NCBI GenBank assembly: GCA_963744095.1
Contig: CAVUSH010000006.1
Location: 133,670-197,669 of the forward strand
Length of the DNA: 64,000 bases
Direction: 5' to 3'
Origin: an uncultured Chloroflexia bacterium
GTDB taxonomy: Bacteria > Chloroflexota > Limnocylindria > Limnocylindrales > CSP1-4
The notes under the pieces were generated by a model, which saw only the letters and a list, made by a program, of their open reading frames with translations, had not been told where the DNA came from and did not search any database. A program made the position numbers and the translations under genes. This document shows positions 53,402-62,343 of the stretch, piece by piece. Within the stretch, counting starts at the first letter, position 1, and every line of letters starts with the position of its first letter.

Positions 53402-54409
53402 CTACACCTCGATGTCGACGATGCGCCGGATGAACATGAAGCCGATGAACATCATGATCCCGCCGGTCGCCAGCAGGATGATCCCCGCCGGGATCCCCGC
53501 GATGGCCACCTCCGGATCGAGCATGGGCTGGAGGAAGGACGGGGCGATGAGGACGAGGATCCCGACCAGGCCGATCGGGAGGAAGGCCACCACGTAGCCC
53601 GACATTCGCTGCTGGGCGGTGAGCGTGCGGATCTCGCCCTTGATGCGGACGCGCTCGCGGATCGTGAAGGCGATGGAGTCCAGGATCTCGGCGAGGTTCC
53701 CACCCACCGAGTACTGGATCGAGATGGCCGTGACCATCAGCTCCAGGTCGTCCGAGCGGACCCGGCGGACGAGGTTCTCGAGGGCCTCTTCGAAGGGGAG
53801 GCCCAGGTTGACCTCGCGGATCACCCGGGCGAACTCGATGGAGATCGGCGGGCGCGCCTCGCGGACCACCAGCTCGATGGCCTGGAGGAACGACGAGCCA
53901 GCCCGGAGGGCGTTCGCGATGAGGGTGATGGTGTCCGGGAGCTGCTTGTTGAACTGGTTGATGCGCTTGCCCTGGCGACGCCTGACGTACCAGCGCGGGA
54001 TGAAGAAGCCGAGGACACCGCCCACCAGGAGGATGAGCGGGTTCTGGAGCATCGGGAGGGCGAAGCCGGCGAAGAACATGAGAATCGGGATGCCGACGAT
54101 GGCCCCACCCCAGATGAAGAGGTACTCGCTCACCTTGAGCTTGAGGTCGGCCCGCGCCAGGTCGCGCGCCAGGTTGGCCCCGAAGTCGCGCCCCTCCACG
54201 GCCTTGTTGAGCTGCGAGATCGCGGCGCTCTGCGAGATGAGGTCGCCGAGCGACGCGGAGCTCTCGGTCTTCTTGCCCTGTTCGCGCCCGGACGCGTAAC
54301 GCTCCAGGCGCGCGCTCACGCCCGCGCCGGCGCCGGACGAGGCAATCCCGACGGCGATCACGAGGATGGCGAGCGCCGCGACGGCGGCGACGACGATGGT
54401 CAGCGACAC
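53402..54409 (-). CDS. tadB: Tad pilus inner-membrane platform protein TadB (T2SS-F family)
   Basis: 335 aa with a T2SSF domain (LPDTITLIANALRAGSSFLQAI). Located directly downstream of cpaF. Confidence 0.8.
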   Translation of the reverse strand: MSLTIVVAAVAALAILVIAVGIASSGAGAGVSARLERYASGREQGKKTESSASLGDLISQSAAISQLNKAVEGRDFGANLARDLARADLKLKVSEYLFIWGGAIVGIPILMFFAGFALPMLQNPLILLVGGVLGFFIPRWYVRRRQGKRINQFNKQLPDTITLIANALRAGSSFLQAIELVVREARPPISIEFARVIREVNLGLPFEEALENLVRRVRSDDLELMVTAISIQYSVGGNLAEILDSIAFTIRERVRIKGEIRTLTAQQRMSGYVVAFLPIGLVGILVLIAPSFLQPMLDPEVAIAGIPAGIILLATGGIMMFIGFMFIRRIVDIEV

Positions 54410-54427
54410 GGCAAATCCTCCCGCGCG

Positions 54428-55843
54428 CTAGTAGACGAAGCCGAAGAGTCCGGGTGGCAGGTGGATCCCCATCACCTCGAACTTCTCGACGAACTTCGGG
54501 CGGATCCCGGTCGGCTTCAGCACGCCCAGGATCTTCCCCTCGGCAACGCCCGTCTGCTCGAAGACGAAGACGTCCTGCATCACGATCACGTCACTTTCCA
54601 TCCCCTGGACTTCGGTGATGTTCGTGATCCGGCGGGTGCCGTCCTTGAGCCGGGCCTGGTGGACGATGAGGTCGACAGCGGAGGCGATCTGCTCGCGGAT
54701 GGCGCGGAGCGGCAGATCCACGCCGGCCATCAGGACCATCGTCTCGAGGCGCGCCAGCATGTCGCGGGGGCTGTTGGCGTGGCCGGTCGACATCGAGCCG
54801 TCGTGGCCCGTGTTCATGGCCTGGAGCATGTCGAGGGCCTCGCCGGCGCGGCATTCCCCCACGATGATCCGGTCGGGCCGCATGCGGAGGGCATTGCGGA
54901 CGAGCTCGCGAATCGGGATCGCACCGCGCCCCTCGATGTTGGGCGGCCGCGACTCAAGCGTCACCACGTGTTCCTGGCGGAGCTGCAGCTCGGCGGCGTC
55001 CTCGATCGTGATGATCCGCTCGTCGTTCGGGATGAACGCGGAGAGGACGTTCAGGGTCGTCGTCTTGCCCGAGCCGGTGCCGCCCGAGACGAAGACGTTG
55101 AGGCGCGCCTCGACGCAGGCCTTGAGGAAGTCGAACATCTCCGGCGTCGCGGTCCCGAAACGGATCAGGTCGTCCACCGTGAAGGGGGAGGCGGCGAACT
55201 TCCGGATCGTGATGACCGGACCGACGAGCGAGAGCGGCGGGATGATCGCGTTGACGCGGGAGCCGTCGGTCAGGCGGGCGTCGACCATCGGCGAGGACTC
55301 GTCGACGCGGCGCCCGATGGGAGCGATGATCCGGTCGATGATCCGCATCACGTGATCGTCGTTCTGGAAGACCACGTTGGTCAGCTCGAGCTTGCCGTTC
55401 CGCTCGATGTAGACCTGGCGCGGGCCGTTCACCATGACCTCGGTGATCGACTCGTCGCGGAGCAGCGGCTCCAGTGGCCCGAGGCCGATGATCTCGTCGG
55501 TGATCTGCTCCAGCATCCGGACCCGCTCGGCGCGGGTCAGGGCCAGGCCTTCCTCGTCGATGACCTTGCCGAAGATCTCCTCGATCTGGCGCCGGACCTC
55601 GACCTGGTTGGAGAGGTCGAGCTTCGGGTCCAGGTCCGAGATGACCCGGCTCTGGATCCGGAACTTGACGTCCCGGAACGACTCGCGGGAAGGCGCGCTG
55701 GGGACGACGTGCTGGACGGGCGCGAGCGTCGGCGGCCCGCCGGCGGGCGCGCCGGGTCCGGCCGGTGCCGGGGAACCTCCCGGCGCGGCCGCCGGTCCGG
55801 TACCGGCGGGTCGAGCGCTCTCGATTCGCTTCAGCAGGGACAT
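54428..55843 (-). CDS. cpaF: Tad/Flp pilus secretion ATPase CpaF/TadA
   Basis: Walker A SGGTGSGKTTTLN, plus IITIEDAAEL, RMRPDRIIVGECRGAEA-type box and QAMNTGHDGSMSTGHAN. Confidence 0.94.
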   Translation of the reverse strand: MSLLKRIESARPAGTGPAAAPGGSPAPAGPGAPAGGPPTLAPVQHVVPSAPSRESFRDVKFRIQSRVISDLDPKLDLSNQVEVRRQIEEIFGKVIDEEGLALTRAERVRMLEQITDEIIGLGPLEPLLRDESITEVMVNGPRQVYIERNGKLELTNVVFQNDDHVMRIIDRIIAPIGRRVDESSPMVDARLTDGSRVNAIIPPLSLVGPVITIRKFAASPFTVDDLIRFGTATPEMFDFLKACVEARLNVFVSGGTGSGKTTTLNVLSAFIPNDERIITIEDAAELQLRQEHVVTLESRPPNIEGRGAIPIRELVRNALRMRPDRIIVGECRAGEALDMLQAMNTGHDGSMSTGHANSPRDMLARLETMVLMAGVDLPLRAIREQIASAVDLIVHQARLKDGTRRITNITEVQGMESDVIVMQDVFVFEQTGVAEGKILGVLKPTGIRPKFVEKFEVMGIHLPPGLFGFVY

Positions 55844-55890
55844 CGCCCAACCACCCCTTCACGCCCCCGAGCGGGAGCCTTCACGACCTG

Positions 55891-57126
55891 TTACCGCCAC
55901 GCGAAGAGCGACTTCTTGGGAGCCGGCCGGGGCACCTCGACGGGTGCTGCGTCCGGCGCCCCGAGGAGCGCCCGGGCGAGGCGGAGGATGTCCTGCGACA
56001 CCTGCGCCTCGCGGTTGCTGACGAAGAACGGCACGCCCCGGTTGAGGGCGTACACGACGCTCCGGCCGTCGCTGACGACCGTGTGGCCCACCTTGCGGCC
56101 GATCGAGTGCTCGACGTCCGCGACGCGGATCCCGAGCGCCGAGTCGGCGCGGTTGAGAACGAGCTCCATCTTTTCCTGGGGGTAGCCGAGCTGATCGGCG
56201 ACCTCCAGGAAGAGCCGCATGTTCTTGATGCTCGTGATCTCCAGGGTGAGGACCGTCAGGATGACGTCGGCCGTGTCGAGGATCGCGAGCGTCGAGTCGT
56301 TGAACGCAGCCGCGCAGTCGACGATCACCAGGTCGCTCTTCGCCCGGAGCACCTCGAGCACGCGCCGGATCGCGGCGGGGGTCACCAGCTCGGCCGTCTC
56401 AGGCGACGGAGGGGCCAGGAGCACCTTCGTCCCGGTCGAGTGGGTGACGACGAAGGTGTCCAGGGATTCGGGCTCGCCGCCGGCCTCCAGCTCCGGGATC
56501 AGGTCGGCGATCGACTTGTTCCGGGGGTTCAGGTTGAGCAGGACTCCGACGTCACCGAACTGGAACGAGCCGTCGACGAGGACAACCTCGCGGCCCGGCT
56601 CCGACGCCGCGGCGACCGCCGTGTTCACCGCGATCGTCGTTCGCCCGACCCCACCCTTCGGGCTGTAGACCGCCACCACGCGCCCCGACGCCCCGGTCCC
56701 GGCGGACGTCCGGTCGACGGCGGGTGCGGCCATCCGTCCGATCTTCTCCCGCTCGCGGGCGTGGACCTGGCGGATGGAGGCCGTCAGCTCGTCCGAGCTG
56801 AAGGGCTTGACGAGGAACTCGCGGGCCCCGGCCAGCATCGAGCGGCGCAGGTAGTCCGCCTCGCCCTGGACCGACATCATGACGACCGAGGAGCTCGGGA
56901 CGCGCGCCGTCAGGAGCTCCGTGGTTGCGATCCCGTCCATCTCGGGCATGTTGATGTCCATCAGGACGATATCCGGGAGGAACTTCGCGGCCATCTCCAG
57001 CGCCTCGGCGCCGGACGCGGCCGCCCCGACCACCTCGACGTCCTTCTCGAACCCGAGAAGCTTCGTCAGGTGGTCGCGCGTCTCCGTGATGTCGTCCACG
57101 ATCAGGACGCGGATCTGGTCGCTCAT
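55891..57126 (-). CDS. cpaE: Response-regulator receiver domain fused to CpaE/TadZ-type ParA-like ATPase
   Basis: The REC domain reads RVLIVDD...DIVLMDINMPEMDG...MMS. The deviant Walker A is SPKGGVGRTTIAVN. Confidence 0.87.
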   Translation of the reverse strand: MSDQIRVLIVDDITETRDHLTKLLGFEKDVEVVGAAASGAEALEMAAKFLPDIVLMDINMPEMDGIATTELLTARVPSSSVVMMSVQGEADYLRRSMLAGAREFLVKPFSSDELTASIRQVHAREREKIGRMAAPAVDRTSAGTGASGRVVAVYSPKGGVGRTTIAVNTAVAAASEPGREVVLVDGSFQFGDVGVLLNLNPRNKSIADLIPELEAGGEPESLDTFVVTHSTGTKVLLAPPSPETAELVTPAAIRRVLEVLRAKSDLVIVDCAAAFNDSTLAILDTADVILTVLTLEITSIKNMRLFLEVADQLGYPQEKMELVLNRADSALGIRVADVEHSIGRKVGHTVVSDGRSVVYALNRGVPFFVSNREAQVSQDILRLARALLGAPDAAPVEVPRPAPKKSLFAWR

Positions 57127-57229
57127 CGGCCGGTCGGCCTCTGCCTCGTGTCGGGATTGGCTTGGCTGGTTCGATCGGTGGCTCGCGCCGGGGGCGGCCG
57201 TGCGGCGCGCCCCGCGCTGTGAGCTGCCC

Positions 57230-58087
57230 CTAAGGCCGCGGCGTCGGGAGGACCGTCTCGACGAGCCGCGGTGGGATCACGGCCCAATTGTCGACGAGCA
57301 GGCGGAGGGTGATGCCGGTCGTCTCCTCGTTCGGCGCTTCCTTGTCCTCGGGGGAGCGGAGGACGAGGGTGAGCGTGCCGTCGACCTGGGCGAAACGCAG
57401 CGCCTCGGCCTCCTGGGTCGTGACGGCGAGGATGACGATCGGGGCGGTGACGGCGGGAGGCGTCCCCTCGGTCGGCGGCGGGCTCTCCTGGGCGGGCGGT
57501 GCCGGCAGCAGCGTGCCCACGACCTCCACGTTCTGGACGATCGCCTTCACGGACAAGTGGTTGAGATTATCCACCCCGGAGATCGCGCCCGTCTCAGGGT
57601 CGAGGGACACGACGGGGAACTTCTCCCAGGGGGTGATCGCCATCACGACGTCGACGCGATCGCCCGGCTTGATGAGCGTCCCAACGCCGGAGACCTGGTC
57701 GACCTCGATCGACATGGCCCGGCGGCCGGGCTCCAGGAGGCGGGCAATGTCCGGGTTGACCGTCGAGGTCGAGAAGGCATTCGCGTCGACGAGCTGGCCC
57801 TTCGTGAGCTGGGTCGTGACCGTGCGGCCGATGACCTCGCTCGTGAGCGTATAGGCGCCCACGGGCTTCTCGTCGACCTTGACCTCCTGGGTCGTGACGA
57901 GGTCGGCGGTGAGCGTGGTTCCCAGCGGAACGTCAGCGGCAGTGACGACGATCGTCGAGGTCGTCACGAGCGGCCCCGTGGGGTTGCTGGTGCCCCCCCC
58001 GCCCCCGAGGAGGAGGACGACGCCGACGAACGCCACCGCGGCCAGGAAGAATCCGATCAGGAGGATCAGGCGATTGTTGCGCTTCAA
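57230..58087 (-). CDS. cpaB: Flp pilus assembly protein CpaB (SAF + RcpC domains)
   Basis: 285 aa with an N-terminal TM anchor, a SAF-like segment (VVTAADVPLGTTLTADLV), then GDRVDVV. Confidence 0.8.
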   Translation of the reverse strand: MKRNNRLILLIGFFLAAVAFVGVVLLLGGGGGTSNPTGPLVTTSTIVVTAADVPLGTTLTADLVTTQEVKVDEKPVGAYTLTSEVIGRTVTTQLTKGQLVDANAFSTSTVNPDIARLLEPGRRAMSIEVDQVSGVGTLIKPGDRVDVVMAITPWEKFPVVSLDPETGAISGVDNLNHLSVKAIVQNVEVVGTLLPAPPAQESPPPTEGTPPAVTAPIVILAVTTQEAEALRFAQVDGTLTLVLRSPEDKEAPNEETTGITLRLLVDNWAVIPPRLVETVLPTPRP

Positions 58088-58261
58088 GGTTGGTCTCCCC
58101 GTTGCCGTTTGACAGGCGGCACCACTCTAGCACCGGCCGATGGCAGCGCGACCATACAAAAGTGCTAGGACCGGTGGGAACAAATGGAAGGATTTCCCGC
58201 ACCGGCGCTCTGTCTCCGCCGGGGAGACGACGCACCTGCGCCGCGACCCCGCGAAAGCGGC

Positions 58262-58293
58262 CGAGACCGGCCACCCGGGGGAGGCCGGTCTCG
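58262..58293 (-). terminator. Second GC-rich hairpin downstream of flp-1
   Basis: cgagaccggcc-N10-ggccggtctcg forms a perfect 11-bp stem. Confidence 0.4.
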
Positions 58294-58331
58294 ATGTCAG
58301 GCTGTGGCCCCGACGAGGGGCGAAGAAGGGA

Positions 58332-58363
58332 AATGGGCCGCCGGGATGTCCGGGCGGCCCATT
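58332..58363 (-). terminator. Hairpin immediately downstream of flp-1 (probable intrinsic terminator or attenuator)
   Basis: aatgggccgcc-N10-ggcggcccatt forms a perfect 11-bp stem starting 14 nt after the flp-1 stop. On the minus strand it is followed by TCCCTTCTTC. Confidence 0.55.
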
Positions 58364-58376
58364 CCTCAGTTGGTTC

Positions 58377-58550
58377 CTAGACGGACGAGCCGACCGTCGA
58401 GAGGATCGTCGAGACCTGCGAGCCCAGGAAGATCAGGGCAACGATCGCGACGATGGCGATGAGCGCGAGGATCAGCGCGTACTCCGCGAGACCCTGGCCC
58501 TCCTCGTCACGGTCCAGGAGATACGAGATAAGTCCGGACAGATATGCCAT
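58377..58550 (-). CDS. flp: Flp-family type IVb pilin, copy 1
   Basis: MAYLSGLISYLLDRDEEGQGLAEYALILALIAIVAIVALIFLG... carries the G/xxxxEY prepilin motif. I prefer the ATG at 58550 by analogy with copy 2. The track start (GTG at 58562) adds 4 codons. Confidence 0.85.
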   Translation of the reverse strand: MAYLSGLISYLLDRDEEGQGLAEYALILALIAIVAIVALIFLGSQVSTILSTVGSSV

Positions 58551-58768
58551 TAGGTGGTTCACCCCCTTCCCTTCTGGAGTCCCCCGCGTCCGCGGGAGCT
58601 GGCAGGGCCCCCAGGGCCCCGAACTCTGTCGTCTGCCGCGGTCGGTCGTGTGCAGTCGCCTCCCGACCGGACGGCCAGCGAACGGTAGGCCCGCCCCGAG
58701 CGGGTGTCAAGACCCGGCGGACTGTTCGGTGGTGCGAGGCCGCGCCACCTCGCGGTCCCGGACGCGAC

Positions 58769-58797
58769 GACGCCGGGTCCGCGGGGGACCCGGCGTC
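58769..58797 (-). terminator. Hairpin downstream of flp-2
   Basis: gacgccgggtcc-gcggg-ggacccggcgtc forms a perfect 12-bp stem 24 nt after the flp-2 stop. Confidence 0.5.
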
Positions 58798-58820
58798 GCG
58801 CCTGCGGCTGAAGGGTGGTC

Positions 58821-58991
58821 CTAGACGGACGAGCCGACCGTCGAGAGGATCGTCGAAACCTGCGTGCCCAGGAAGATGAGGGCGACGATCGCGACGATGG
58901 CGATGAGCGCGAGGATGAGGGCATACTCGGCGAGGCCCTGCCCCTCCTCGTCCCGATGGATGATGCCGAGAACGTAATTGATGAGCGCCAT
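58821..58991 (-). CDS. flp: Flp-family type IVb pilin, copy 2 (56 aa; not reported as a separate ORF in the track)
   Basis: Manual translation gives MALINYVLGIIHRDEEGQGLAEYALILALIAIVAIVALIFLGTQVSTILSTVGSSV. GGAGG lies 5 nt upstream of the ATG. The mature part differs from copy 1 at a single residue (T for S). Confidence 0.87.
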   Translation of the reverse strand: MALINYVLGIIHRDEEGQGLAEYALILALIAIVAIVALIFLGTQVSTILSTVGSSV

Positions 58992-59116
58992 AATGGCCTC
59001 CCCAGATGAGTGCGCACACCCCGAGACCGGGGCAACCCGGAGATTACGCGCGCGTTCCGCCGGTATCCAATGGCCCGTTGGTAGGGACGTGCGGTGGTAC
59101 TCCAGGACCAGCCGGC

Positions 59117-59314
59117 TCAGGTGCAGGCGAGACCCAGCAGCAGCCGGCCGGACTTGTCGACCTCGCTGCCGATCAGGCTGAGGACCCAGGCCAGCTGAGG
59201 GCGGAGGAGGACGAGCACGGCGACGGCGACGAGGATCGCCAGGGCCACGATCACCCCGAATTCCACGAAGCCCTGGCCGGCCGCGCCCGGCGCGCCCCGG
59301 CGAGGCACGATCAC
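59117..59314 (-). CDS. Divergent Flp-like pilin, copy 3, with C-terminal extension
   Basis: AAGQGFVEFGVIVALAILVAVAVLVLL aligns with EEGQGLAEYALILALIAIVAIVALIFL of flp-1 and flp-2. The GTG start overlaps the upstream kinase stop (GTGA). Confidence 0.65.
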   Translation of the reverse strand: MIVPRRGAPGAAGQGFVEFGVIVALAILVAVAVLVLLRPQLAWVLSLIGSEVDKSGRLLLGLACT

Positions 59315-60438
59315 GAGTCGGCCGGCGCCGCCGCGAGCGGGAAGCGCGCCGTGACGCCGCGACCGTCAGCTGCGAACTCCACCCTCCCTCCGGCCGCCTC
59401 GGCCCGCTCCTCGATCTCGCGGCGGATGGTCGGGGTCAGCACGGCCACGACGCCGTGCGCAGCCGCCCGAGCCCGGCGGTCGTCCACCATCTCTCGGAGC
59501 GCGGCCGGCGCGTCGGCGCGCAGCTCGTCCTCGGGGGCCTCCGCCGAGGTCGGGTGGATCGCCCGGACGATCACCTCGAGCTCCTCGCCCCAGTCGAGCG
59601 TGAGCACGACCTTCTCCGCGTCTCCACCCGCCAGGCGTGCCACGGACTCGTCGGCGACGCGGAAGATGGCGCTCTCGAGCTCCATCGGGAGGCGGCGATC
59701 CGACCCCAGCGAGTCGAACTCGACCGGCACCCCGGCCCGCCGGCTCCGGTCGCGGGCGACCCGGCGCAGGGTGGGCACCAGGCCCAGGTCGTCGAGGACC
59801 ATCGGCCGGACGTCGAAGATGAACGCCTTGGTCGCCTCCAGCGTGCGCTGGACCATGGCGGTCAGCTCCCGGACCTCGGCCCGCGCCGCCGCCGGGTCGA
59901 GGTCCAGCAGGCGCTCGACGATCTGCGCCTGCAGGACGATGTTGGTCAGGCTCTGCGCCGGCCCATCGTGCATTGCCCGGGCGATGTCGCGGCGGAGGTC
60001 CTCCTGGGCGGCGAGGATCACCCTCCCGACACCGGGCGCCGTCGCAGCTGCGGCCGGGCCCGCCCGGGCGGCGACCACGGGGCTCGTCGTCTCGGCCGGA
60101 TCCCCCGAGGCGCCGAGGGCCTCCCGCACGCGGGCCAGCCCCTCGCGGGAGCGCTCCAGGGTCTTGCGCTTGCCCGCGAGCACGTCGAGCTGGGCCTCCG
60201 CGACGGCCGCCCGCCGGGTGAGCGTCAGCAGCTGGGCGTTCGCCTCGGCCAGCTCGGCCGGAGCGGCCCCGGCGCCGAGGCCGTCGAGGCGCTCGGCCGC
60301 CTGCGCCCGCTTCTGCTCGTGGCGGGCCGCCTCGGTGCGCGCCTGCCCCTCGAGCAGCTCGATCTCGGCGAGCTCCCGGTCCAGTCCCTCGAGCTCGTGG
60401 TCGAGCGCCTCGCCGGGCCCCATGTGGAGGTCTGCCAT
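59311..60438 (-). CDS. Cytoplasmic HisKA_3-type histidine kinase-like protein with degenerate ATP-binding domain
   Basis: An N-terminal coiled coil, then the H-box DIARAMHDGPAQSLTNI. I could not find a recognisable N-box Asn or a DxGxG (G1) motif in the C-terminal domain. Confidence 0.65.
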   Translation of the reverse strand: MADLHMGPGEALDHELEGLDRELAEIELLEGQARTEAARHEQKRAQAAERLDGLGAGAAPAELAEANAQLLTLTRRAAVAEAQLDVLAGKRKTLERSREGLARVREALGASGDPAETTSPVVAARAGPAAAATAPGVGRVILAAQEDLRRDIARAMHDGPAQSLTNIVLQAQIVERLLDLDPAAARAEVRELTAMVQRTLEATKAFIFDVRPMVLDDLGLVPTLRRVARDRSRRAGVPVEFDSLGSDRRLPMELESAIFRVADESVARLAGGDAEKVVLTLDWGEELEVIVRAIHPTSAEAPEDELRADAPAALREMVDDRRARAAAHGVVAVLTPTIRREIEERAEAAGGRVEFAADGRGVTARFPLAAAPADS

Positions 60439-60447
60439 GGTCCCGGG

Positions 60448-61185
60448 TCAGTCCTCCGGCATCCGGATCCAGCCCTGGCGCATCGCGTACACCACGGCCT
60501 GGGTCCGGTCGTTGACTGCCAGCTTGCGCAGGATCGAGCTCATGTGGTTCTTCACGGTCTGCTCGCTGATCGAGAGCTGGTAGGCGACCTGCTTGTTCGT
60601 CATCCCCTGGGCGATGTTGTCGAGGATCTCGACCTCGCGCGGGGAGAGCGGGGCGAAGATCGGGGCGGCCTCCTGGCCGTAGATCGCCAGCTCGCGGAAC
60701 TCCTTGAGCACCCGGGAGGCGACCGCCGGCTTGGCGAAGACCTTGTCGTTGATGAGGAACTCGCCCCCGGCGACGCGGCGGATGATGGTGACCAGATCGT
60801 CGGGACCCACGTCCTTGAGGATGAAGGCGGCGGCTCCGGCGCGGATCGCCTGGAAGAGCGCCTCCTCGTCCTCGTCGGAGGCGAGGATGATGATCCCGGT
60901 CGCCGGGAGGTCCCGCTTGATCTTCTGGGTGGCCTCGATGCCGCCCGGGGCGGGGAGCGAGAGGTCCATCAGGATGATGGCCGGGTCGGTCTGGATCGCC
61001 ACGTCGTGGGCAGAGCGACCGTCGTCGGCCTCGCCCACGATGTCGAAGTCGGGCTCCCGCTCCAGGATCGCCCGCATGCCCACGCGAACGAGGGCGTGGT
61101 CGTCGACGAGCAGGATCCGGATCCGCTCGTCGGTGCCGCGCCGGTCGGGGCCACCCCGCCGGCGGTCCGGCCCGGGATAGGTCAT
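60448..61185 (-). CDS. NarL/LuxR-family response regulator (DegU-like)
   Basis: The REC domain reads ILLVDDH...IILMDLSLP...ILAS. The LuxR HTH reads LSPREVEILDNIAQGMTNKQVAYQLSISEQTVKNHMSSILRKL. Confidence 0.93.
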   Translation of the reverse strand: MTYPGPDRRRGGPDRRGTDERIRILLVDDHALVRVGMRAILEREPDFDIVGEADDGRSAHDVAIQTDPAIILMDLSLPAPGGIEATQKIKRDLPATGIIILASDEDEEALFQAIRAGAAAFILKDVGPDDLVTIIRRVAGGEFLINDKVFAKPAVASRVLKEFRELAIYGQEAAPIFAPLSPREVEILDNIAQGMTNKQVAYQLSISEQTVKNHMSSILRKLAVNDRTQAVVYAMRQGWIRMPED

Positions 61186-62321
61186 GCGCTGCCTCCTTTC
61201 TCAGGGACGGGAACGTCAAGCACCACCACCGTGCCGTTCGCCGGTTGCGAACGGACCGTGAATGCAGCGCGAACCAGCTCGGCCCGCTCGCGCATGAACT
61301 GGAGCCCGAAGGTGCGCCGCCCGGGAGCGGCGGGGGCGTCGGGATCGAACCCCCGACCGTCGTCGCGGACCTCCAGGATCCAGCGGTCCTCGACCCGCCG
61401 GGTGGCGAGCAGCACGTGGCGCGCGCCGGCGTGCTTCCGGACGTTCTGGAGGGCCTCCTGCAGGACGCGCAGGACCACCACCTGCTCGACGCCGTCGAGC
61501 TCGTCGGGCGACGCCGCCAGGTCGACCTCCACCGCGGCCCCGGTCAGCGCCTGGAGCGTGGCGGCCGCGTCGCGGATGGCCCCGTCCAGGCCGACCTCGT
61601 CGAGGATCGGGGGCCGCAGCTGGCTGATGAACGCCCGCACGTCGCCCAGCTCGCGCCGCAGCCGCTCGCGCATGAAGCGGAGCTCATTGCGCGCGGCGGG
61701 CCGGTCGCGGTCCAGGATCTTCTCGATGTACTCCACGCCGAAGATGGCGTTGGCCAGCGCCTGCGCCGGCCCGTCGTGGATCTCCTGGGCGAGCCGCGTC
61801 CGCTCGGCCTCGCGCGCCTCCACGATGCGCATCAGGAGGCCGTCGGCGAGCTCCGGCCCCGCCGGGTCGGCGAGCAGCGAGGAATCCCCCCGCTCGAGGA
61901 AGAGCCAGGTGCGCTCGAGGCCGCGCACGACCAGGTCCAGGCGCGCCAGCTCGGCCTGCCGCTCACCCAGCTCCGACGTCTTCAGGGCGATGCGGCGGCG
62001 AAGCTCCGAGGCCCGACCCTCCTCGGCGGCCGCTTCCGCGGCCTCCACGCTGGCGACCGGGCCGGGCGGCGCCACGCGATCCGCGCCGTTCACGTTCGCG
62101 CCGGGGCCGCCGGCCTGGAGATCGGCGAGGACCCGCTGGTCGGCGTGGTCCAGGGCGTCGCGATCCTCGTGCCACCCGGCAAGGCTCTCGTGGAAGGCCT
62201 CGCGGTAGCGCTCGGTCACCGTGCGCATGGTGTTCGCCGCGTAGGCGAGCGCCGCCTTCGCTTCCTCGTGAAGAGTGTCGAACCGACCCGCCGCATCGCC
62301 GGCACCAATCTCAGCGCTCAT
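61182..62321 (-). CDS. Cytoplasmic HisKA_3 histidine kinase (DegS-like)
   Basis: I set the start to the ATG at 62321 (MSAEIG...). H-box LAQEIHDGPAQALANA, N-box LQEALQNVRKHA, G1 VRDDGRGFD, G2 FGLQFMRERA. No TM segments. Confidence 0.85.
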   Translation of the reverse strand: MSAEIGAGDAAGRFDTLHEEAKAALAYAANTMRTVTERYREAFHESLAGWHEDRDALDHADQRVLADLQAGGPGANVNGADRVAPPGPVASVEAAEAAAEEGRASELRRRIALKTSELGERQAELARLDLVVRGLERTWLFLERGDSSLLADPAGPELADGLLMRIVEAREAERTRLAQEIHDGPAQALANAIFGVEYIEKILDRDRPAARNELRFMRERLRRELGDVRAFISQLRPPILDEVGLDGAIRDAAATLQALTGAAVEVDLAASPDELDGVEQVVVLRVLQEALQNVRKHAGARHVLLATRRVEDRWILEVRDDGRGFDPDAPAAPGRRTFGLQFMRERAELVRAAFTVRSQPANGTVVVLDVPVPEKGGSA

Positions 62322-62330
62322 CTGGCGGCC

Positions 62331-62336
62331 AGTATA
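62331..62336 (-). promoter_or_regulatory. -10-like TATACT, 9 nt upstream of the kinase ATG
   Basis: The minus strand reads TATACT-ggccgccag-ATG, the same geometry as upstream of secA. Confidence 0.4.
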
Positions 62337-62343
62337 CGGGGGC

